NCBI GenBank assembly: GCA_946628005.1
Contig: CAMOWA010000003.1
Location: 28-64,027 of the forward strand
Direction: 5' to 3'
Source of the DNA: an uncultured Bacillales bacterium
GTDB taxonomy: Bacteria; Bacillota_I; Bacilli_A; RF39; UBA660
DNA length: 64,000 bases
Shown here one piece after another: positions 56,828 to 64,000 of the stretch (positions are counted from its first letter, which is position 1; the number at the start of each line of letters is the position of its first letter). Under the pieces are notes generated by a model, which saw nothing but the letters and a program-made list of their open reading frames with translations, had not been told where the DNA came from and did not search any database. Made by a program: the position numbers and the translations under genes.

Positions 56828-58264
56828 ATGAATAAAACATTAATGACTGATTTTTATGAACTTACTATGGCTCAAACTTATTATAAGGAAGGAAAAAAAG
56901 ATGAAATTTTGTTTTTTGATATTTTCTTTCGTGAAAATCCTTTTCATGGTGGTTATACGTTGAGTGGGGGTTTAGAAGAGATTATTGAATATATTAAAAA
57001 TTTTAAATTTGATGATGAGGATATTAAATATTTATCTAGTTTAAATACTTTTGACTCTGATTTTTTAAATTACTTGAAAACACTTCGTTTTAGAGGTGAT
57101 ATATATGCTATTCCAGATGGTACAATTATTTTTCCTAATGAGCCTATTATTACTGTTAAAGCGGATTCTATTACTGCTCAATTATTAGAAACTGCTTTGT
57201 TAGCTTCTTTTAATCATGGAAGTCTAGTTGCTACTGCGGCTAAAAGAATAACTAGTGAAGCTAAAAATAAACCTGTTATGGAGTTTGGAGCAAGACGTGC
57301 AAGAGGAATTGATTCGGCAATTGAGGCTAGTAAGTATGCTTTTATTGGTGGATGTAGTGGTACTAGTAATACTTTTGCTGGAAAGAAATATCATATCCCT
57401 GTACTTGGAACGATGGCACATTCTTTAGTTACGGAAAGTGATAATGAATATGATGCATTTTTAGGCTATGCTAAGGCTAATCCATATAATACAGTTTTTT
57501 TAGTAGATACTTATGATACTTTAAGAAGTGGTATTCCTAATGCAATAAAAGTTGCTAAAGATTATTTAGTTCCAAATGGTTTTCCTTTTAAAGGAGTTCG
57601 TATTGATAGTGGGGACTTAGCATATCTTTCTAAAGAGGTTAGGAAAATGCTTGATAAAGCAGGTTTTTTGGATACTACTATTTGTTTAAGTAATGGATTG
57701 GATGAATATACTATTCGTGATTTATTAGAGCAAGGTGCTTGTTTTGATTCCCTTGGTATAGGAGATAATATTGCTGCTTCTAAGGAAAGAATTGGTGGGG
57801 TATATAAATTAGTTGCTGTGATGAAAGATAATGAAATAATTCCAAAATTAAAAGTTAGTGGTGATACAATTAAAACCACTACTCCTGGCTTTAAAAGAGT
57901 TTATCGATTTTATGATAAAGACTCTGGCTATGCTTTAGGTGATGTAGTTGCTCTTTCTCATGAGAAAATATCAGAGGAGTCTTATACTCTGGTTCATCCA
58001 CAAGATAATTGGAAGAGAAAAACGATAAGTAATTATATTGTTAGAGAATTACAAGTACCAGTATTTATAGATGGTAAATTGGTTTATTCGAAGAGAAATT
58101 TAAATGAAATTCAAGAGTATGCTAGTCTTGAGTATCAATCTATGTATCCTGAAGTTACTCGAATTAAAAATCCACATATTTATCCAGTTGATTTAAGTAT
58201 TGAACTTAGAGATTTAAAAAATAATTTAATTCATTCTTTTGAGGAGGAAAAATCAAATGATTGA
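56828..58264 (+). CDS. pncB: Nicotinate phosphoribosyltransferase
   Basis: TDFYELTMAQ N-terminus, EFGARRA and GTMAHS motifs. Confidence 0.88.
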   Translation: MNKTLMTDFYELTMAQTYYKEGKKDEILFFDIFFRENPFHGGYTLSGGLEEIIEYIKNFKFDDEDIKYLSSLNTFDSDFLNYLKTLRFRGDIYAIPDGTIIFPNEPIITVKADSITAQLLETALLASFNHGSLVATAAKRITSEAKNKPVMEFGARRARGIDSAIEASKYAFIGGCSGTSNTFAGKKYHIPVLGTMAHSLVTESDNEYDAFLGYAKANPYNTVFLVDTYDTLRSGIPNAIKVAKDYLVPNGFPFKGVRIDSGDLAYLSKEVRKMLDKAGFLDTTICLSNGLDEYTIRDLLEQGACFDSLGIGDNIAASKERIGGVYKLVAVMKDNEIIPKLKVSGDTIKTTTPGFKRVYRFYDKDSGYALGDVVALSHEKISEESYTLVHPQDNWKRKTISNYIVRELQVPVFIDGKLVYSKRNLNEIQEYASLEYQSMYPEVTRIKNPHIYPVDLSIELRDLKNNLIHSFEEEKSND

Positions 58265-59015
58265 TAGAAAAAAAGAAGTTCAGCGTATTATATATTTTAT
58301 TCAAGATTATTTTAAAAAAAATAATTTAGGTGGGGTTATAGTTGGTATTAGTAGTGGAAAGGATTCTGGAGTTGTTGCTGGATTATTTTCTATTGCTCTT
58401 GGAGGAGAAAATGTTATTGGTGTTAGTATGCCATGTCATAGTAATGATGAAGATTATTTGGATGCAAAATTAGTTGCTGGAAAGTTTGGTATTTCTCTTA
58501 TCAATTTTGATTTGAGTTCAGTTTATGACTCTTTTCAAAAACAAGCTCAATTATTAGAAGATTATGTTATTAGTTTAGATAGTGAAATCAATTTGAAACC
58601 AAGACTAAGGATGAGTACGCTATATTATCTTGCTCAAATGTATTCTAAAAAGAATAATAAGACTTATATAGTAGCTGGTACTGGAAATAAATGTGAAGAG
58701 TATGTTGGATACTTTACTAAGGGGGGAGATTCCGTTTCTGATATAAAAATTTTATCTAGTTTTACTGTAGATGAAGTTATACAATTAGGTGAGGAGATAG
58801 GTGTTCCTGAAAAAGTACTTTACAAAGTGCCTAATGATGGATTAAGTGGAGTTTCAGATGAAGAAAAACTAGGTGTTTCTTATTCGGATATAGCTAAGGT
58901 TATTAGTGGAGAAGTGATTAATAAAAAAGCTTTTGATAAAATTAATTATTTACATGAAAAAAATACTCATAAGTTTTTTACAGCAACTTATTGTCAAGAT
59001 AAGTCAAAAGAATAG
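58257..59015 (+). CDS. nadE: NH3-dependent NAD+ synthetase
   Basis: PP-loop GISSGKDSGV. Length is about 250 aa. The ATG at 58257 overlaps the end of pncB. Confidence 0.8.
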   Translation: MIDRKKEVQRIIYFIQDYFKKNNLGGVIVGISSGKDSGVVAGLFSIALGGENVIGVSMPCHSNDEDYLDAKLVAGKFGISLINFDLSSVYDSFQKQAQLLEDYVISLDSEINLKPRLRMSTLYYLAQMYSKKNNKTYIVAGTGNKCEEYVGYFTKGGDSVSDIKILSSFTVDEVIQLGEEIGVPEKVLYKVPNDGLSGVSDEEKLGVSYSDIAKVISGEVINKKAFDKINYLHEKNTHKFFTATYCQDKSKE

Positions 59016-59058
59016 AATAAGTATAAAAAAAGTGTTATATTAGTAGAGGAGTGTTAGA

Positions 59059-60144
59059 ATGGAAAAAAGAAAGTTAAAGCTTCTTGTTATGCCAAATTGT
59101 TTGGAACTTGGAAAAAAAGTTGATAAGGAATTGAAAAAAATATTTAAAAGTGAAGATAGTTTTTTATTACGTTATGATAATTCTAGGTTTAGTAATGGAG
59201 AAGGAAAGGTTATTATTGAAGAGAACATTAACAATATAGATTTATTTATAATGAGTGATGTTGGAAATTATAATACAACTTATTCTTATCATGGAAAAGA
59301 ACATATTATGTCTCCTGATGAACATTTTCAAGATATTAAAAGAAGCATTGCTGCTACTAGTGGTCATACTTCTAAAATTAATGTTGTTATGCCACTTTTA
59401 TATCAATCAAGACAGGATAAAAGAAAAGGAAATGAGTCCCTAGATTGTGCTATAGCTTTGCAGGATCTTGAAAACATGGGAGTTCAAACTATTATTACGT
59501 TTGATGCTCATAATCCTAGTGTTTGTAATGCTATCCCAAGATTACCATTTGAGAATTTTTATCCTACTCATAGAATATTAGAGGAAATTATTGATAATGA
59601 AGAAATTAAAGATATTTTTGTTGTCTCTCCTGATATGGGAGCGATGGAGAGAGCTAGATATTATGCTGATATGTTAGGTTGTGATGTTGGAGTTTTTTAT
59701 AAAAGAAGAGATTTATCTAAAGTTGTAAATGGTAAAAATCCGATAATTGAGCATATGTATTTAGGTGCTGATCCAAAAGGCAGAGATATTATGGTTGTTG
59801 ATGACATGATTGCTAGTGGTGGTTCTATTTTGGAAGTAAGTGAAAATCTTCGTAAGAGAGGAGCAGATAAAATATTTTTAATTACTACGTTTTCTTTATT
59901 TACAGAAGGTGTTGAAAGTTTTATTAAAGCTTACGAAGATGGTTTGTTTGATAAGCTATATACTACAAATTTATCTTATGTTCCAGATGAAATTAAAGAA
60001 AAACCTTGGTTTCAAGAAGTTGATTGTTCAAAATATTTAGCAACTATTATTAAAACTTATCATAATCAAGAAGAGACTGAAAATTTGTGGAATGGAAAGA
60101 AAAATATTATTAATAAAATAGAAAAGAAAAAAGAAGAAGAGTAA
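59059..60144 (+). CDS. prs: Ribose-phosphate pyrophosphokinase
   Basis: FDAHNP, VVSPDMGAMERA and the PRPP loop VVDDMIASGGS. Confidence 0.85.
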   Translation: MEKRKLKLLVMPNCLELGKKVDKELKKIFKSEDSFLLRYDNSRFSNGEGKVIIEENINNIDLFIMSDVGNYNTTYSYHGKEHIMSPDEHFQDIKRSIAATSGHTSKINVVMPLLYQSRQDKRKGNESLDCAIALQDLENMGVQTIITFDAHNPSVCNAIPRLPFENFYPTHRILEEIIDNEEIKDIFVVSPDMGAMERARYYADMLGCDVGVFYKRRDLSKVVNGKNPIIEHMYLGADPKGRDIMVVDDMIASGGSILEVSENLRKRGADKIFLITTFSLFTEGVESFIKAYEDGLFDKLYTTNLSYVPDEIKEKPWFQEVDCSKYLATIIKTYHNQEETENLWNGKKNIINKIEKKKEEE

Positions 60145-60173
60145 TTATAAATAATAATAGGGAGGGGATAAGT

Positions 60174-60770
60174 ATGAAAATTGGAATATATGGAGGAAGT
60201 TTTAATCCTCCACATAAAATGCATGAGAAAATTGCAAAAAAATTGATTGATGAGAAATATGTTGATCAGGTAATATTTGTACCTACTAGTACAGAATATG
60301 AATACAAGATGAATTTACTTCAAAATGAGTTAAGAAAAGAATTACTAGAACCTATTGTTGAGAAAGATAAAAGATTTATGCTTAGTACTTATGAATTTCA
60401 AGATAGGACTGTTCATACTTATGAAACATTAAAACATTTTGAAAATGTTTTTCCTAATGATAAAATATATTTTATATGTGGAGCAGACAATTTTAGTTAT
60501 ATTGATAAATGGGAAAAAGGTGATTATATATTAAGTCATTATAAAATAATTGTTATTTCTAGAAATACGGATAATTTAGATGAATTATTACGTAAGTATA
60601 AAAAATATGAAGATAATATAATTGTTGCGGATATTCAACCTTTTAATATTTCTTCTACTCAAATTCGCAAACTTATTCATGATAAGAAGTATTATGAGTG
60701 TAGAAATTATTTGGATGCTGATGTGTTAAGGATAATTGAAAGAAAAAATTTATATTTGAAAGGAAGTTAA
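60174..60770 (+). CDS. nadD: Nicotinate-nucleotide adenylyltransferase
   Basis: GGSFNPPHKMH and ISSTQIR motifs. Confidence 0.88.
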   Translation: MKIGIYGGSFNPPHKMHEKIAKKLIDEKYVDQVIFVPTSTEYEYKMNLLQNELRKELLEPIVEKDKRFMLSTYEFQDRTVHTYETLKHFENVFPNDKIYFICGADNFSYIDKWEKGDYILSHYKIIVISRNTDNLDELLRKYKKYEDNIIVADIQPFNISSTQIRKLIHDKKYYECRNYLDADVLRIIERKNLYLKGS

Positions 60771-60774
60771 AAGT

Positions 60775-61602
60775 ATGAGTTTAGAAAAGGAAGAATTAGA
60801 GTTCTTAAAAAATTATGATAAGAATGCATTTGAAAGATGTTCGATTACTGCTGATATTTTAATTGTTAGTATTTCAAATGAAGAAAGTGATAATTATCGA
60901 AAAAATGAAAAAAAAAGAATGAGTATTTTACTTGTTAAGCGTACTGATTTTCCTTATAAAGGGAAATGGTGTTTGCCTGGTGGTTTTTTAGATGTTACGA
61001 AAGAAACTTTAGAAGAATGTGCAAAAAGAGTTTTAAAAGATGAAACAAATTTACAGGATATATTTTTAGAACAATTATATACTTTTGATGGGGTTGATAG
61101 AGATCCTAGAATGAGAGTTGTTTCTACTGCTTTTGTTGCTTTAGTAGATAAGGCTTTATTAAAAGAAAAAGTTGAAAATGCTTCTTGGTTTGATGTTATG
61201 GAGTGGAAAGATACTAAGAATAGATTTGAATTATTATTACAAAATAATAATGAGACTATCTTATTGGATTTTGATAAGAAATTAAAAAATCCTACTAGTT
61301 CTAATTATGATTATATTAGTAAAAAGGAAAATAATTTAGCTTTTGATCATGATATAGTTATTGCTCAAGGTCTTACTCGTTTAAGAGGAAAAGTTAGTTA
61401 TACGGATATTGTATTTAATATGATGCCTAAATATTTTACTTTAAAAGAATTGCAACAAGTTTATGAAATAATTCTTAATAAAAAATTACTTGATCCAGCA
61501 TTTCGTAGAATTATTGCTAATAAAGTAGTTAAAACGAAAAAAATGAAAACAGGAGAGGGACATCGTCCATCGTATTTGTTCCAGTATAGAGGAAATGAAT
61601 AA
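60775..61602 (+). CDS. nrtR: NrtR-like Nudix-related transcriptional regulator of NAD metabolism
   Basis: Nudix fold with a degenerate box (GGFLDVTKETLEECAKRVLKDETNL). The C-terminal winged-helix segment LAFDHDIVIAQGLTRLRGKVSYTDIVFNMMPKYFTLKELQQVYE is typical of NrtR. Confidence 0.7.
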   Translation: MSLEKEELEFLKNYDKNAFERCSITADILIVSISNEESDNYRKNEKKRMSILLVKRTDFPYKGKWCLPGGFLDVTKETLEECAKRVLKDETNLQDIFLEQLYTFDGVDRDPRMRVVSTAFVALVDKALLKEKVENASWFDVMEWKDTKNRFELLLQNNNETILLDFDKKLKNPTSSNYDYISKKENNLAFDHDIVIAQGLTRLRGKVSYTDIVFNMMPKYFTLKELQQVYEIILNKKLLDPAFRRIIANKVVKTKKMKTGEGHRPSYLFQYRGNE

Positions 61603-62392
61603 TATAAAGAAAATTAAAATATTTGTAAATGATAATGAAAAATCTAAAAATATTTATAAAAAATTAGTTGATAAACTTCTTCAAAATGGTTTTTTGCTTG
61701 ATGATAATTCTTTTGATTTAGCAATTGCAGTAGGTGGAGATGGGACATTTTTAAGAATGGTAAAAGAATGTCATTTTAATAGTGAGATATACTATGTAGG
61801 AGTTCATACTGGGACTCTTGGATTTGCTCAAGATATTAATATTTTAGAAATAGATTCTTTTATTGATTCTTTAAAGAAAAATTCTATTAATTTTGAAGAG
61901 ATTGGTATTGGAGAGGTAAATTTTTATAATGGAGGAGAATTAATTCATTATAATTTTTTAAATGAGATTGTTTTAAGGGATAAAGAATTAAATACTTTAA
62001 AATTAGATACATATGTTGATAATTCTTTATTAGAAAATTATGTTGGAGATGGGATTTTGGTAGCAACTTCATTTGGTTCTACTGCTTATAATTTGAGCTT
62101 TGGTGGAAGTATTATTTATCATAATTTTCATACTTTACAAATTACACCTATTGCTCCATTAAATAACAAAAGTTATCGTTCTTTAATGAATTCAGTGGTT
62201 ATTCCATCAAGTAAATGTATTACTTTTTTTCCTATTCAAGATTCTAAAAACTTGTTGTTATCTATAGATGGAGATAATTATTGTTATAATGATATTGAAA
62301 AAATAAATGTTTTCATTCATAATAATATAAAAGTTATCCGAAAAATGGATTATAACTTTATAAGTAAAATTAATGATAAATTTTTAAAATAA
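61595..62392 (+). CDS. nadK: NAD kinase
   Basis: GGDGTFLR, NE(I/V)V and ATSFGSTAYNLS motifs. Confidence 0.88.
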   Translation: MNNIKKIKIFVNDNEKSKNIYKKLVDKLLQNGFLLDDNSFDLAIAVGGDGTFLRMVKECHFNSEIYYVGVHTGTLGFAQDINILEIDSFIDSLKKNSINFEEIGIGEVNFYNGGELIHYNFLNEIVLRDKELNTLKLDTYVDNSLLENYVGDGILVATSFGSTAYNLSFGGSIIYHNFHTLQITPIAPLNNKSYRSLMNSVVIPSSKCITFFPIQDSKNLLLSIDGDNYCYNDIEKINVFIHNNIKVIRKMDYNFISKINDKFLK

Positions 62393-62405
62393 GGAGTAGA
62401 TTATA

Positions 62406-62951
62406 ATGGTAGAAAGAGGATACAAGACATTTCAAATTAATGAAAAAAAACAAAAATTGTTATTATTAAAGTATATACTTTTAAATAATATATTTCGTAA
62501 TGATACTTTTAAAGATGAATTTTTCCATCCTACAAGTGTCCTTTTAAGTAATAATAAAAGTGATATTCGTTATGCTGAGAATTTAGAAGATTCTTTTCAT
62601 AATACTAATTCGATGAAAGAAAATGTATTGGTTGCTGAAGTGGAATCTATAAATAAAAATGATTTAATAACATATCATAGAGATTATGCTACAGGTAATT
62701 TATATTTAACTGATTCTTTAGTTATATTACGCTTTTTGAGTAGAAAAAAAATTATTGATACTTTTTTAAATATGGATAGTACTGTAAGAGTTAAGAACTT
62801 TGTATCATCTTATAAGCTTACACCTTTTGAAATAGCGTTGTTTAAAAATCAGTTCTTTAATAATCCTGAAATAATAGATGCTATTCTTTACTATCAAGAA
62901 AATGATAAAGATGTTTATAAAAGAAATTATGCTAAGGTAAATAGGCTGTAA
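62406..62951 (+). CDS. Hypothetical protein
   Basis: ORF with aaggag RBS. No recognisable motif. Confidence 0.45.
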   Translation: MVERGYKTFQINEKKQKLLLLKYILLNNIFRNDTFKDEFFHPTSVLLSNNKSDIRYAENLEDSFHNTNSMKENVLVAEVESINKNDLITYHRDYATGNLYLTDSLVILRFLSRKKIIDTFLNMDSTVRVKNFVSSYKLTPFEIALFKNQFFNNPEIIDAILYYQENDKDVYKRNYAKVNRL

Positions 62952-62955
62952 ATAT

Positions 62956-63474
62956 ATGATTGGAATTATTTCTTCGTCTTTAAAAAGCTTTATCATAATG
63001 GATAAAATACGTAAAAAATATAATAGTATTGATATTTATGTTTATAATAATGATTTAAATATCGAAGATAAAGTTTATAATTTAGTAAATATTGGATGTA
63101 AAATAATAATAGTTGATAGCATTAATAAAAATAAATGGGATTATTCAGATGTTTTCTTTATAGATTTTTCAGAAGTTCAAATAGATATTGATAATCCGTA
63201 TTCATTTTGTGAAAATGATATTATTAAATGGATAGAACAAGGAAATCAGAAAATGATAGTAGATTATTTAAGTAGTATTAAAATAGATGATAATAAGACT
63301 ATTATTCTTAAAGATATACGTATGATTTTTATTAAAAATGAAATACTTAAGTTTTTTAGTAATAAAATTGTTGATTCTTTGGATGGTATCATGATGAAGA
63401 TTGATGAATATATTAAGATAAATCAGATAAATTGTATTAATAATGGTATAAGTAGGTATTTGATAGATGAGTAG
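62956..63474 (+). CDS. Hypothetical protein
   Basis: ORF only. Confidence 0.4.
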   Translation: MIGIISSSLKSFIIMDKIRKKYNSIDIYVYNNDLNIEDKVYNLVNIGCKIIIVDSINKNKWDYSDVFFIDFSEVQIDIDNPYSFCENDIIKWIEQGNQKMIVDYLSSIKIDDNKTIILKDIRMIFIKNEILKFFSNKIVDSLDGIMMKIDEYIKINQINCINNGISRYLIDE

Positions 63475-64000
63475 TGATATTATTGCTAAAGATACTAGGT
63501 TTTATAAAATTGTAAGACCTTTTGTTTCTTTTATTTTTCGATTTTTATTTCATCCTACTGTTATTGGTCTTGAAAATATTAGTCAAGATGGAAGAGTTCT
63601 TTTGGCAGGAAATCATACTGAATGGTTAGATCCTGTTATGATAGTAAGTGTTCAAAAAAGGTGTGTACATTTTTTAGCAAAAGAAGAATTATTTCGTGGA
63701 GTATTAAAAGGTGTTGTTCGAGGAATGGGATGTATTCCTGTTAACCGAAAAATTCATGATAAAAATGCTTTAAATGGTGCGATTAATTATTTAAATAATG
63801 ATTTATGTATTGGGATTTTTCCTGAGGGTACTATTAATCGTACTGAGGATGTTATTTTACCTTTTAAAATTGGGGCAGTTAAAGCTTGTTTTGATACTAA
63901 TACGAAACTAGTACCTTTTGTTATAACTGGAAAATATAATATATTTGGTAAAGGTGTTAAAATTGAGTTTTTAAAGCCTATGTCTATTTCTAAAAATTTG
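63467..64000 (+). CDS. plsC: 1-acyl-sn-glycerol-3-phosphate acyltransferase, 3' end cut by window edge (not in the ORF track)
   Basis: Frame is open from the ATG at 63467 to the window end. NHTEWLD (HX4D) and FPEGT motifs. Confidence 0.75.
   Translation, partial: MSSDIIAKDTRFYKIVRPFVSFIFRFLFHPTVIGLENISQDGRVLLAGNHTEWLDPVMIVSVQKRCVHFLAKEELFRGVLKGVVRGMGCIPVNRKIHDKNALNGAINYLNNDLCIGIFPEGTINRTEDVILPFKIGAVKACFDTNTKLVPFVITGKYNIFGKGVKIEFLKPMSISKNL

Noticed and set aside
7195-62996. Antisense or alternate-frame ORFs from the track
   Set aside because: The ORFs concerned are 7195-7395, 8395-8640, 11888-12226, 17361-17738, 21589-21774, 21719-21934, 22014-22205, 22340-22522, 26700-26915, 26717-27016, 29865-30086, 30418-30654, 30840-31109, 34673-34906, 38758-38982, 40086-40274, 41591-41791, 47306-47506, 51552-51773, 53435-53728, 54492-54746, 57224-57421, 57562-57879, 59255-59443, 61887-62072 and 62805-62996. 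All lie inside better-supported genes or AT-rich spacers. They have low-complexity I/F/L/K-rich translations and no RBS, which is typical of shadow ORFs in AT-rich DNA.

Overview
This is a very AT-rich chromosomal segment from an endospore-forming, low-GC Firmicute. The evidence for that is rpsT-gpr-spoIIP synteny, spoVD/spoVE, a DUF285 surface protein and NPxTG sorting signals. All product calls come from motifs read in the supplied translations; no database search was possible. About 60 genes are present, mostly on the + strand. They include surface and cell-wall proteins, a VTC/DUF4956/CotH-like/beta-helix cluster, class I aldolase, superoxide reductase and an ABC-2 transporter. Also present are mutL-miaA, rnc, a SipW-type signal peptidase locus, tRNA-Arg(CCU), RNase J, CarD and an NAD salvage cluster (pncB-nadE-prs-nadD-nrtR-nadK).

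The main finding lies in a dcw-like cluster, spoVD - orf - mraY - spoVE. Both partners of the spore-cortex SEDS/class-B-PBP pair are split, each by its own small element (E1 about 3.74 kb, E2 about 3.37 kb). Each element carries a large serine recombinase at its right end. For both elements the junctions can be reconstructed to the nucleotide. A shared core dinucleotide sits exactly at the centre of an inverted repeat formed by the two element ends. Joining at that dinucleotide restores in-frame, colinear SpoVD-like (633 aa) and SpoVE-like (362 aa) ORFs. This looks like a double, skin-like developmental DNA rearrangement.

Secondary points are listed here:
- The E1 recombinase ORF runs across attR, so its C-terminus should differ between the integrated and excised states.
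- A tandem family of NPxTG-anchored surface proteins has homogenised ends and divergent cores.
- A SipW-type peptidase is fused to a polytopic membrane domain.
- The RNase J has a degenerate HxHxDH motif.
- The NrtR-like regulator has a degenerate Nudix box.
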